Positions 41,764 through 56,281 of a stretch of 64,000 nt of DNA are shown here, one piece after another. The notes below the pieces were generated by a model. The model saw nothing but the letters and a program-made list of their open reading frames with translations. It made no database searches and was not told the DNA's origin. The first letter of the stretch is position 1; each line of letters begins with the position of its first letter. Position numbers and translations under genes: made by a program. The DNA comes from the human T2T-CHM13v2.0 reference genome, Homo sapiens, in the NCBI RefSeq assembly GCF_009914755.1, contig NC_060933.1. One strand, 5' to 3'.

Positions 41764-42329
41764 CTACCCAAGGGAAAAGAAGTAATTATATGAAAAAGAC
41801 ACACGCACACATGTTTATTGCAGAACAATCTGCAATTGCAAAGATATAGAACCAACCTAAGAGCCCATTGACCAATGAGTAGCTAAAGAACCTGTGCTAT
41901 ATAAATAGGAAGATACATATTTCATTCCTTTTTATGGCTGAGTAAAATATATACATATATATATATCTTCCTATTTATGGCTGAATACTACTCACCATAA
42001 AACTGAATGAAATAACGTCTTTTGCAGTGATTTGGGTGGAGATGGAGGCCACTATTCTAAGTGAAGTAACTCATGGATGGAAAACCAAATACCATATGTT
42101 TTCACTTATAATTGGGAGCTAAGCTATGTGTACACAAAAGCATACAGAGTGATATAAAGGACTTTGGATACGCAGAAGAGGGAGGTTGGGAGGGGGTTGT
42201 GAGATAAAAGCTGCATATTGGATACAATGTACACTACTCAGGTGACGGGTGGACTAAAATCTCAAAATTCACCGCTATATAATTCATCCATGTAACCAAA
42301 AACCACTGGTACACCAAAACCTGTTGGAA

Positions 42330-42426
42330 TATCTATCTATGTATCTATGTATCTATGCATCTATCTATGTATCTATCTATCTATGTATCTATCTATCTAT
42401 GTATCTATCTATCTATCTATTTTCTG

Positions 42427-42479
<53 letters not shown>
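42330..42479. repeat. Compound (TATC/TATG)n tetranucleotide STR at the L1PB tail
   Basis: Read directly from the sequence. Confidence 0.95.
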
Positions 42480-42977
42480 GGAAAGGTGAAAAGTGAGACA
42501 GAGCTTAAGTCATCAGACAAATAAGAAGAGGAATAATTTTAGACAAAGAGGATATTATGAAGATATATTTTGGAAGTAGAATTGAGTATGCACAGAAAGA
42601 ACAGAGGTAGAGAAATCACTAAAAATGTTTAACAGCATACTTGAGCAAGAAGAAGGTTTAACCAGTGAACTTGAAGTCAGGTCATGCACAACTTTCCAGA
42701 GAAACAGAAGATAAAAAAAAGAACGAAACATAATAAAGAAAGCTTATGGGACTTAAGGGGCACTACCAACCTTATCAATAAATGCATGATCAGAGTCACA
42801 GAAAGAGAAGAGAAAGAAAGAGGAACAAACAGTTATAAGAAATCATGGCTGAAAATTCAAATATGAAGGAAACTGACATCCAAATTCTGAAAGCCAAAGC
42901 TTCCCAAATAAGATAAATCTAAAGATGACAAAACCAAGATGCATTATAATTAAATTATCAAAAGTCAAAAAAAAACC

Positions 42978-43277
42978 TTTATTCCTTTTTTTTTTGGAGA
43001 CAGAGTCTTACTCTGTCACCCAGGCTGGGATGTAGTGGGGTGATCTCAGATCACTGCAACCTCTGCCTCCTGAGCTCAAGCGATTCTCCTGCCTCAGACT
43101 CCTGAGTAGCTAGGACTACAGGTGCACACCACCATGCCTGGCTAATTTTTGTATTTTTGGTAGAGACAGGAGTCTCACCATATTTCCCAGACTGGTCTTG
43201 AACTCCTGAGCCTAGGTAATCCGTCCGCCTTGGCCTCCAAAAGTGCTGGGATTATAGGCATGAACCACTGAACCCAG
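42978..43277 (-). mobile_element. Alu (S/J)
   Basis: Full-length Alu reverse complement. Confidence 0.9.
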
Positions 43278-43664
43278 ATGAAAAATAATTTTAAAAGCAG
43301 TAAGTAGAAAGTGAGTTGTCACATGGAGAGAAATTCCATCAGAATATTACTGTATTTCTCAGCAGAAACCTTGCAGACCAGTAGGTAGTTGGATGATATA
43401 CTGACAGTGTTGACAGAAAAACAAATACAAGAAATGCTAAATAAAGTACTTTAACCTGAAATGAAAGCACACTAAACATATGAAAGCCCATGAAAGCATA
43501 AACTTTGCTACTGAAGCTTAATATATAAGTGAATACAGAATATTCTAATACTATAATGGTGGGGTATAAATCACTTTTAATTCTGATGAATTTAAAAGAC
43601 TAAAGTATAAGTATAACCGTCTAAAATATGTTAATGGATATCCAGTATAAAAACATAATTTTTT

Positions 43665-44097
<433 letters not shown>

Positions 44098-44819
44098 TCA
44101 TAAAGAAAACGCTTATAGAAGATTCATAAAAGAAAATGAGAAAGAATTCGAAAGGTATCACTTTAAAAAATGAACCAGAAGAGAAGACATCAAGAGAGGA
44201 AAAGAGAGACAAGAGAGCTACAAACAGAAATAAAACAAGTAACACAATAACAAATATCCTTCCCTATCAATAATTAGAAAGAATCAGATCTGAGTAATAT
44301 TAAGTGCCCTTTGCAATGCCTGCCACAGAATTCAGTAAACAGCAGTTTTCCACGCTTCCATGCCTAATTTTTCCCACTTTACATGTGCTAAGGAAAGGGA
44401 ATGAATCTCACTCATTTTTTATTTGCAAGACTGGAAAAATGTCTAATCTCAAAAAAATATTTCTTGGATGAATAAAAGAGAAGCTCCAATTTATTAAAAT
44501 CACTGCTCTTAGATAAGAACTAATTTTGGCCATAATTGTGGAAGGAAAGGGAATTAATTTAGCAGATTCATTTTCTGTGTTAAATCAGCTGCTGAACACT
44601 TTACCAATGTTTTGTCATTGAAGTCTTACAACAAATATATGAGATAAACATTAAAACATTTTTCTTAAGAGCACTCAGAAAATTTATAATTGCTCATTTT
44701 CACCTAAAATTTGTTTTTTGTACTACCTGTGTTAATCTCATATTAGAATGTTTGATGGATATACTACCAGAACTCTAGTTCCATTTTGGAAAAATTATTT
44801 GAAATAAATGCCTTATTCA

Positions 44820-45930
44820 CAGAAAAAAATCATTAATCAATTGGACTTAAATTTGGATTAATAATTTTAATGTTATTAAAATTAAGCATTTTGTTTGTTA
44901 AAAGACAGTATTAAATGAGTGATAAGATCAACTACATGCTAGTATAATATATTTACAAACATCCAACCATAGACTTATGAACAGACTTTATAAGAGACTT
45001 CTACGAATCAATACAAAGGTAATACAACAACGGAAAAAAAATACTTCATGAAAGAACAAAATATACATATGAAAAGTACACAAATTCACTATCAGAGAAA
45101 TGCAAATAAAACCACAATAAGATACCTCTACACAACCAAGACGTTGGCAAAAAGAAAAGATCAGAACTTACCAAAGTTGGTGTGGGACAGGGTTTCTTAA
45201 CTTTAGTACTCTTGAAATTTTTGGTTACATAATTATTGTGCGGAGCTGTCCTGTGCATTATAGGATGTTTAGTAGCATCTTTGACCTCTACTCACTAGAT
45301 GCAACAGCAGCCCCTGCCCCCTCCCCCTGCCCAAGTAATGACAACAAAAAATGCTTCCAGATATTGCCAAATTCCCCTGGAAGCAGCAAGATTTTCCTCA
45401 CTTCCTCTGACTGAGAACCATATGCACTGGTAGTGGAAGTGTAAATTGGCATCTACTTCAATATTATCTAACAAACCTCAATATGTGCATAACCTGTGAT
45501 CCAAAACCTGGGTAGGTATTTTAGCCCAAAGATTAGTACAACAAGATTCACAGAAGCACTACTTCTAATAGCAACATACTGGAAACAATCTATAAGTTCA
45601 TGAGTAGAGGAATGAATGAATCCATATGCATATAATGAGTATATACAGTAATGACATATACACAGATCTCACAAACATGGTGTTTAGCAAAAGAGGCCAG
45701 GCTTATAAAGAATATAACATTTCAAAAATGGTCAAAACTAATGTATGGTATTAAAAGTGAGGATAGTGGTTATTCTTGGAGGGAGGAAGGTAATGACTAG
45801 GGGGGATGACAGGGAGGGTGCTTGGTTTTTCATCTGGTTTAACATTACAAGTATTTGTTCACTTAGTAAAAATTAATTGAGCCTTGCGCTATGTTTTATG
45901 TAATTGTTTGCATTTTGGTTATAATTAAAA
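44820..45930 (+). mobile_element. L1ME 3' portion
   Basis: gaaatgcaaataaaaccacaat...caaaactaatgtatggtattaaaagtgaggatagtggtta. Confidence 0.7.
45188..45420. mobile_element. MER20 hAT MITE
   Basis: ctgtcctgtgcattataggatgtttagtagcatc...ctactcactagatgc...tgagaacca. Confidence 0.85.
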
Positions 45931-46029
45931 TTAGTACCAAAGGGGGAAAAATATTCAAGAACTAGAACTCCAGGCAGCCCTGGCTTGTCTACTTCTCTTT
46001 TCTTTCCAAGTCTAGGTTTAAGCAGGCTT

Positions 46030-46625
46030 TTTTTTTCTTTTTTTTACAGCTCTATTGAGATATAATGGATATAAAAATCTACATATTTAGTCTACATTTT
46101 GATGAGTTTGGAAACATCTCTACACCATGATACCATCACCACAATAAAGCTACTAACCCTGTCCATCACCTCTGGAAATGTCCTTGTGTCCTTTGTGTGT
46201 ATGTATGTATGTGTGTGTGTGTGTTTGTATGTTTGCGATAAGAACACTCAACATCGGATTTATCCTCTCCACCTAAAGTGCACAATACCTTACTGCTAAC
46301 TCTAGGTTCTATGATATATAGCAGGTCTCTAGAAATTATTTATCTTGCGTAATTGAAAATTTATACCCGTTAAGTTACAATTCCCCATTTCTTCCTCTCT
46401 CCACCCACTGGCAACAACCATTCTATTCCCTACTTCTATGAATTTAACCATCTTAGGTATTTCACATAAGTATAATCATGCAGTATTTTTCCTTTGATGA
46501 CTGTCCTATTTCACTTAGCATAATGTCCTCTAGATTCATCCATATTGTTGCAAATGGTAAGATTTCCTTCTTTTATTGAGACTAATAATACTGCATGAAT
46601 GTAAATGCCACATTTTCTTCATCAA
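46030..46625 (-). mobile_element. L1MA (old) 3' end
   Basis: gcaggtctctagaaattatttatcttg...ttcacttagcataatgtcctctagattcatccat. Confidence 0.8.
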
Positions 46626-46864
46626 GCAGAGTTTTATTGTTCTGTCCTGCAATCACAAAAATGTTTTTCCCAAGGACTATAATTGCATCTGCATTTAGAT
46701 ACCACTGTTCTATTACTTGAAAGTTTCTGTCTACCTGAATATTTAAGGGCATGAGCCTTGACACCTGTCAGCTGGTAGAAAGAGGAAGTTGCAGTTGCAT
46801 ATATTATCTAAATGTCATTCATATCTGTATGTCTCCTACTTTTTATTGATTGGAATCAATTGAG

Positions 46865-47166
46865 GGCCAGGCATGGTGGCTCACACCTGTAATCCCAGCA
46901 CTTTGGGAGGCCGAGGCAGGCTGATCATGAGGTCAGGAGATCAAGAGCATCCTGGCCAACATGGTGAAACCCCATCTCTACTAAAAATACAAAAATTAGC
47001 CAGGTGTGGTGGCATGCACCTGTAGTCCCAGCTACTTGGGAGGTTGAGGCAGGAGAATCGCTTGAACCCGGGAGGCAGAGGTTGCAGGTTGCAGGGAGTC
47101 AGGATTGTGCCACTGCACTCCAGCCTGGGCAACAGAACGAGGCTCCATCTCAAAAAAAAAAAAAAA
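46865..47166 (+). mobile_element. AluSc-like
   Basis: Full Alu with A-tail; gttgcag duplicated internally. Confidence 0.93.
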
Positions 47167-48429
47167 TCAATCAATTAGAAAAAAGTATTTTTGAGAATAC
47201 CATACATCCTGCAGCTGGACTCTGGGTATGTGGAAAGTTACAGGTCATATCAGGCCAGGGAATCTTTCTTTCCATCATTCATTTCCTCTTCTTCTGGGAC
47301 AGTACTCCAAAAGTACTTTGAGAAGTCAACCTCCCTTTTCTTTCTGTCCATGTGATACACAGCTGGGGTATCACTATGTGTGATAGTCTCATGGCCAGGG
47401 CTAGCCATAAAAGCTTGCAAATAAGATAATTTGGTGGGCATTTTGCTGCTTGGAACTAGATTGTGATTTTGTTAGTTAAGAGACAGTGGGAATAAATTTG
47501 GGGATGGAAACTAATGATGTCTCTGAGGAAGTGTCTTCCATGTGAACAAAAGAATGCTTGCTTTAAAAGACATACGTATAAGCCAGAAAATAAGATATTG
47601 GAACTATACAGAAAAATACTGAGTGGCTATATTTGAATGAAAATATAAAGATGATTTTCCTCTTTCCTTTGTATGTACATTATTTGAAATAAATACACTT
47701 TCTCTATATATGTGTGTTTGTGCATTTGTGTATGTATTTTTCCACTATTTGGATAAAAAGAACATTTTAAGAAAATAAGTAAAAGCAAAATACAACTATC
47801 TATTATGTTGTAACTTATTTATTCTTATTTATCCTTATTCTTTTCTGTCCAGCAAAGATAATCGCCATCTATCCCATGCTTAAAAATTTTGTTGAACTGT
47901 ACAAAAAAATATCAACCAGTGCACACTGGCAAGATCATAACAGAAAAAGAGCCCATTTGTAAAAATGACATTGACATTCAAGGTTAGGTCACAGATGAAT
48001 GATTATTTTATCATTTTTGATTAGTTCTTTTATTAGGAACCAAATGCTGAAGATTAAGAAAAATCTCAGAGTAATGATTACATGTAATAACATAAGCCGA
48101 AAACAATATTATTATTTGCTTGATCTTATCAAAACTAATCTCTTTACAGCCTTGTTTGGTGAGATGGGTTGTTCACATATGACTCTTCCCACTTGAAAAT
48201 GGCATAGAGGGCTGAATGGCTAATACAAAATCACCCCAGCAGATTCATGATGTGGTCAAGACTCATGGAGTCTCAGCCTACAGATGGGCTGGAAGCAGAG
48301 TTTTTATTAGCATGTTCTCTTAATATATGATAGTAAATCACTTATTGTCTTCTCACTCTATTCCTGGTATGTTCTAAATGCTTAAAATATTGGTTTATTA
48401 AATAACCACATCGACTCATGGCTTAAATG

Positions 48430-48469
<40 letters not shown>

Positions 48470-48695
48470 TTTTTGAGACAATGTCTTGCTCTGTTACCCA
48501 GGCTGGAGTGCAGTGGCATGATCATTGCTCACTGCAGTCTTAACCTCCTGGACCCAGCTAACTTCAAAATTTTTGTAGAGAAGGGGTCTCCCTATGTGGC
48601 CCAAACTGATTTTGAACTCTTAGACTCAAGATTTCCTCCTGCCTTGGCCTCCCAAAGTGCTGGGTTTACAAAGTGTGAGCCACTGTGCCCAGCCT
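48430..48695 (-). mobile_element. AluJ with internal deletion and (TTTA)n tail
   Basis: Alu reverse complement missing part of the right arm. Confidence 0.85.
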
Positions 48696-48709
48696 AAATT
48701 ATTTTATTT

Positions 48710-48830
48710 CTATTTTATTGTGAGAAAGATGAAGCACAGAGAAGTTGAAGCATTTTCTCAAGGACTCATAGCTGATAGGTGGCAGAATTGAAATCCAAAC
48801 CCAAACATTATGGCTCCAGAGCCAAGCCTC
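48710..48830 (-). mobile_element. MIR SINE
   Basis: gaagcacagagaagttgaag...tggcagaattgaaatccaaaccca. Confidence 0.7.
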
Positions 48831-49722
48831 TCTGAAGCACAACACTTATTGACCCTTCAGAATGATCTCATCTTAAACTAGCACTCCTTAATATATATTT
48901 TGAGACACAAAGCCAACATAGTCAAAAAAGTGTCTCCTTTTTGTATACACTTGCTCTTCTGACGGTAGAACCTGACAGTCCTTCTGAGCCCAAGTCTTCG
49001 AACTTAAGTTTAACCTTGAGCTCAGAGAGTCAGCCCAAGTTATTCATTTTATTGGCAACTTATACAGTTGCACAAGTCATTTCTGCAAGCAGATCCTCCC
49101 AGTAAGTGGATAAATGTGTGCTAAAATCCAGCTTGGTCTCCACTCACCAAGACAAGCACTTGCTGGATACATTTCTCTTGAGAGTCATGCTATTTTCACA
49201 TGGTCACAAAAGCTGTATGTGCTGTCTCTATGTTCTTATAGTCAATAATCATCAGCAAGCAAGTGCCTGTGTACTTCTGCAAGTCTTCCCACAGTCCTGA
49301 AAGAGCTTTCCAAACGAGGAAACAAGAAACTTAGATACTTTACCCAAAGCCACATTTCAAAATGAACGAGTCTGGATTTAAGTCAAACCAGTGTTTAAAC
49401 AAACAAACAAACAACAACAACAACAACAAAAAACTCATACCAAGAAAAAAGAAAGAAAAAGCAAAAGCAGATATCTTACTTCCTATTGACTTAAGCAATT
49501 CTGTTAAATGCAGTGCTATGAATCTCTCCATCATCATCCAGTCCACCCAAAATATAAACAGCAACAACTAATGATCCTCCCATGAAAGCTTGAAATGTAC
49601 TGCGGGACTGACAATGTGGTCAATAACCTGTAATCTTCAGAAAAAATAAAGCTAAAGTCAATCCCATTTAGTCAAACTCCAACCTCAACAGACACCTTGC
49701 TTCCATACATTAGTGACTTCTT

Positions 49723-49983
49723 TCTCTGTCGCCCAGGCTGGAGGGCAGTGGCGCGATCTCAGCTCACTGCAAGCTCCGCTTCCCGGGTTCATGCTGCCTC
49801 AGCCTCCCCAGCAACTGAGACTACAGGCGCCCGCGACCACGCCCGGCTAATTTTTCTGTATTTTTAGTAGAGACGGGGTTTCACCGTGTTAGCCAGGATG
49901 GTCTCAATCTCCTGACCTCCTGATCCGCCTGCTTCGGTCTCCCAAAGTGCTGGGATTACAGGCGTGAGCCACCGCTCCCGGCC
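49723..49983 (-). mobile_element. AluY lacking the 3' end and poly(A)
   Basis: ctgcaagctccgc (Y-diagnostic), CpG-rich; TSD cattag(t/c)ga(c/t)ttctt at 49708-49722 and 49985-49999. Confidence 0.92.
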
Positions 49984-50069
49984 GCATTAGCGATTTCTTA
50001 ACCTGATGACCAGAATTGGGCTACAAAGGGTAAGGGGACCCTTTTAATTGAATGCAAAATATTTAGTTT

Positions 50070-51125
50070 ATTTTTAACAATTATTTTTACATTATTTTGA
50101 GATAATTTTAGACTTACAGAGGAGTAGCAAAAATAGTATATATAGTTCTCATAAACCCTTCACCCAGCTTCCCCTTGTGTTATCGGCTTACATTGTTATC
50201 AGATATGTCACAACTAAGAAACTTACCTTGGTACAGTACTATTTACTAAAGTGGTGTGCTTACTGGATTTCACCAGCTTTTCTACTAACTTTCTTTTTCT
50301 GTTATAGATTCCGGGATCCCACATTATATTTAGTTCTGTCTCCATAGTCTTTTAAAATCTGTGACAGTTTCTCAGTCTTTGCTGAGTCTTTGCTTGTCCT
50401 TCATAACCTTGATACTTTAGAGGAAGATTGGTCAGGTTCTTTGTAGAACATCCCTTAATTAATTTTTTCATGTTTTCTCCTGACTATATTGGTTTTGTAT
50501 TATTGAAATGGAAACCACACAGGTGATATGCCCCTTTTCAGTATATGTGTCTTACACCTTTAACTTTTCTGCTTATGTATTTCACTCTTTCGAATGCTGT
50601 TGTAAATGGAATTTCAAGGAATATATCTGGCCCTACCCAGGAAAGAAAGGGGAGAGAAACATTTTTGGTTTTAATAAGTCTTCCAAGCCTTGACTGAGAT
50701 TTACCTCTGCATGTGCGCGCAGGATCTGATGATATTTTCCATCTTGTAAGGCTTTTCAGGGGCAACTCTACTGGTAGCAGGAAGATGCTCATGGTTTAGA
50801 TGATACATGGTTCTTAGTGCATTGTATCAGAGGATGCAATGTAAATATATACACAATGTCAATATTTATAATTGGTTATGTAATTTTGATTATTTAACTA
50901 AGGTTGTGACTGATGGAATTTTCTACTACAAACTTACTAGAGTCATGTAATATATGGGTAGATTTTTTAACATTGTGCAAATATCTCATTACCTTTCTCT
51001 CACCTAGTTTAGTATTCTTTGATGGCTCTTGCCTGGAGCAATTTTTGCTGTGGTGTTTCTAATAGTGATTTTTTTATTTCCCTCATTGTTTCTGCATTTT
51101 TAATTGGAACTATTTTGTAAGGAAT
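50070..51125 (-). mobile_element. L1MC 3' region containing an internal foreign insert (~50540-50815)
   Basis: ttttagacttacagagga...ccttcacccagcttcccc; gatggctcttgcctgga L1MC motifs. Confidence 0.75.
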
Positions 51126-51649
51126 TGTGTATATTTTACGTCTATCTGAAATCTGAAAAACTGGTTGTAATTTATTTTCTTTAATAAACTTTCGAAGGGA
51201 AAAAATGGCCTTAAAAAGCTTAAAAACTACCATGTTGGCAGTGAGAACTAATTTCAAAGAAAATGTCTAACCTTTTCTAGGAAAGAGAAGGGACAAAAAC
51301 ATTTTTATTTTTAATAAGTCTTTCAAGCCTTGAGTGAGATTTATGTCTGACCAGGCAAGCAAAACCTAATGAAATGTTCCATCTTGTGAGAGTTTCCTTG
51401 GATACCTCTGCTGATAGCAGAGAGATACACATGGGTTAGGCCTACAAGATCCTTATAATGATCTCCTTCCTTTTCCTAACCTCCTCTGCTGCTTAGAAAG
51501 CAAACCTTGCTGAGTTATATTAATGCATACAGAATCATTGGCTTAAATTGAAGACAGTTTTAGGTCCCCAAATCTTAAGAGATTTTCTTATTCTCCCCCA
51601 CTACCCCAGAATTAATGACAAAAGATGACGTTCAAGATCTGGTGAGAAC

Positions 51650-52880
<1,231 letters not shown>

Positions 52881-52959
52881 TTCACCTCAATTGTAAAACA
52901 GAGTTGGGGAGATGGGTCACCAAGTGAAGTTACTCACTTCAAGGCCAATTAAAATGTTA

Positions 52960-53890
52960 CTTTTAATTGATGCAAACTCTTTAAACAGAGGAATGCACCA
53001 GCTATAAATATATACCTCAATGCATTTTCACAAACTGAATACATTCATGAGCCAGCAACCAAACTGGAAAATAAAGAATACAGACACATCAATCCCCTAT
53101 GAACTCCATTCAATCACTGTTCTCCTCTCTATCACCTCTAATGACAAAGTTAATGATATCTCTTTCTGACCTTATAGAAATAAAATCATACAGTACATAT
53201 GCTTTGATGTTTGGCTTTTTTAACTTTATGTTTGAGATTCATTCTCATTGTTGTGTAGTATTCCATTATATGAATATACCACAGTGTTTAATCCATACAA
53301 ATCCATCCATATGGAAATGTCTGTGTATAAATAGACATTTTCTCTCATAATTTTATCTTTACAAATACTCCTGCCATGAGAATGCATAAAGTGTTGATAT
53401 TTGGTTTGCAAATATAACTAGGAGAAGAGCTGATGGATCATAAGGTACTCATATTTAGATCTAGTAGATATTGCCAAATTGTTTTTTCACAGTTGTTCCA
53501 GTTTATATTCTCACCAGCAATATATAAGAATTCTACTTGTTCTACTTCCTCCCTCAAAATTGGTGTTTCCCTGAGGGCTCAGCTAAAGTCTTTGTTGTAG
53601 TTTCATCCTTGTTCAATTTCTCTGTTAGCTCAGTCATACTTCACTTCTCTAGCTCACTTGAAGTTGTTGTTGCTGAGAATCTTCCCATCATAAACTCCCT
53701 GCATTCAAATCTTTGTCACAGAAGAGTTTACCTTGTTCTATCTATTTATCTATCTATCCATCCATCTATTTCTATTCATATACATATATATACACACATA
53801 GACACACACATTGTATATAAGAGTTGTGTATTATATATATACACATTATGTTGTATATATTTATATTATATATACATTATATATATTATA

Positions 53891-53944
<54 letters not shown>

Positions 53945-55500
53945 CAAGTCTAACCTGCCTATTTCTGTACTTGGCTGTCTGTCTTTTACATATTACTCAA
54001 TAAAAGGAACTCTTATATACTTTTTCAGAGTTTTATATCTCTCAATACCTTTTCTAAGAGTTGCATTTTTAAACTTTTACTAGTTCTCTTGATGAACAGA
54101 AAATTTGAATATAATACAGTAATCCACGCTTTGTTACTTTATAATTAGCACTTTTCATGTCTTTTTAAAGAAATGTTTGCTTATGTCAAGGTTGTAAAAA
54201 TATTCTCCTATGCTTTCATCCGTTAGTTTATTGGTTTACTTTTCCCATTTAGATTGGTAATTCATCTGGAATTGACTTTTGTGCACAGTGCAAGATCGAG
54301 TTCAAAATTATTTTTCTGTATGGATATTTAATGAATCCAATACCTTTTACTGAAAATATCACATTTCCTCATTTCACTGCAATAACATCTTTATAATAAA
54401 TCAAGTGACTGTATATGTGAGAGGGCTTTAATCTGTCCCACTATCTGTTTCTATCCCAATATCAGAATGTGTTTATTACTACCCCTTTTTAATAGGTGTT
54501 GCTATCTGGTAGTATAAATTCTCCAACTAAGTTCTGCTTCTTTTAGATTACTTTGTTTCTTCTTGGCCTTTCCCATTTTCTGACACTTCATGTTTGTCAA
54601 TTTTCGCAGAAAGAGTTTGTTGAGATTTTTATTCTGATTGCATTAGATTTGTTTATTATTTTGAAGGAGCATTGACCATTTAAAAATATTGAGTCTCCAA
54701 CTTATGAACAAGAATCTCCACTTCTCTTAATAATTAATGTTTTGTTGTTTTTATGTGGAAGTCATCAACACACATTTTATTAAATTTAAGTATGTGGTGT
54801 TTCTGATGTTAGTCTCATTAAGCATAATTTTTAAAGTTTAATTTTCTATTTTTAAATTTCAGTATATAGGAATATGATTAATTTCTGTAATTTTGTAGCA
54901 GCTTTGCAAAATCCTCTCATTAATTCTAATAGTTTGCCATTTTTTTCTTTTGAATTTTCTACATACACAATCATGTCACTTACAAATGACAGTTTTATTC
55001 TTTTGTTTTCAATTCCATTGACTTCCTCCCCAGCCCCTCCCCTTTATTTTCTGTCTAGGGCTGCCAAGAAGACTTTGAATGGAAGTGGTGATAATGGATA
55101 TCTTTGTGTAACTCCAATTCCAGTAAGAAATATCTTGAATATTTCACCAGTAATATGACAGGTGCTAGAGGTTTTTGGTAGATATTATTTGTCAGATTAA
55201 TGATATTTCTATATCTTCCCACTTGGTTAGGAGGGTTTATCATGAATTAGTTTTGTGTTTTGTTGAATTCTTTTCTTGCATTATTGAGATGATTATACAT
55301 TTTTCTCCCTTTGCTAATGTGATAAGATACATTAATGAACTTTAAATGGTAAATTCATTTTTAAATTCCTGGAAAAGCCAGATGTGTCCGTGGTGTATTA
55401 TGTTTGTAAATATTTCTTGATTTAATCTGCAAATATTTTGTTTAGGATTTCTAAATCTGTGACCATGAGAAATGCTGATTTGTATGTTTTTTTAATGTAA
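52960..55500 (-). mobile_element. Ancient L1ME fragments with an embedded TA/TG-rich tract (~53740-53940)
   Basis: T-rich L1 antisense motifs. Confidence 0.7.
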
Positions 55501-55947
55501 TAGAGGTCAATTTAACTGGAAGTCTCACATTGCATAGTCTATTCTATTCTATAATATATGCTTTTCTAGTATAAAATATTTAGGATTCCATAGAGTAAAA
55601 CTGTATTTTTGGCCAATGATAACACACATATACTGTGGGTTTGCCTATTAGTTAACATTTTACCTGGCTTGTAAGAACCTCAGTGTAAGAGTATGAGCTA
55701 ACACAGTATTTGACAAATATCTAATGTGTTTCTGGGTCTCAGGCAAAGCAAAAGTGATTGCCCCTGACCTAGGCCAAGTCTTGCTGGAAATCTTGGTATG
55801 GCCAATTAATGAAAATAGAAGTCACTATGGTATGTGTGTGGTGTCTGGGGGTGACAGTTTACAGGATTGCTAAGGGCTTACTTGGACCCTGATAGTCTCT
55901 CTAGGCAATTGGGTGGATACATAAAAACAGCACTGGGAATTGTTCCT

Positions 55948-55950
<3 letters not shown>

Positions 55951-55999
<49 letters not shown>
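55951..55999. repeat. (AC)n microsatellite, ~24 units
   Basis: Read directly from the sequence. Confidence 0.97.
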
Positions 56000-56002
<3 letters not shown>

Positions 56003-56009
56003 ATATTTA

Positions 56010-56281
56010 AATTTTATTCTATTTTATTTTAAGTTCTGAGATATATGTGCAGGATGTGCAGGACGGGCAAGTTTGTTACATAGGTAAAGGTGTGCCATAG
56101 TGGTTTGCTGCACCTATCAACCCATCACCTAGGTATTAAGCCCCACATGCATTACCTATTTATCCTGATGCTCTCCAACCCCCTGCCTCGTCAACAGGCC
56201 CCAGTGTGTGTTGCTCCCCTCCCTGTGTTCACGTGTTCTCATTGTTCAGCTCCCACTTATAAGTGAGAACATGTGGTGTTC
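56010..56281 (-). mobile_element. L1PA (about PA10-12) 3' end
   Basis: tggtttgctgcacctatcaacccatcacctaggtattaagccc. Confidence 0.85.

Larger units (their letters stand above)
37850..42328 (+). mobile_element. L1PB 3' portion hosting two THE1 elements
   Basis: L1PB pieces 37850-37900, 38814-38953 and 41764-42328 are colinear once the THE1s are removed. Confidence 0.85.

Noticed and set aside
28534-41855. Numerous 60-116 aa ORFs in THE1 LTR and internal regions
   Set aside because: Chance or decayed MaLR frames.
47853-47982. Plus-strand AG...GT bounded segment as a coding exon
   Set aside because: Stops in all three frames; no further support.
50720-50810. snoRNA (TGATGA, terminal ACA)
   Set aside because: Boxes and stems are not conserved in the paralogous copy; no coherent C/D or H/ACA architecture.
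53537-54083. 134 aa and 90 aa ORFs
   Set aside because: Open only because of TA/TG microsatellite low complexity.
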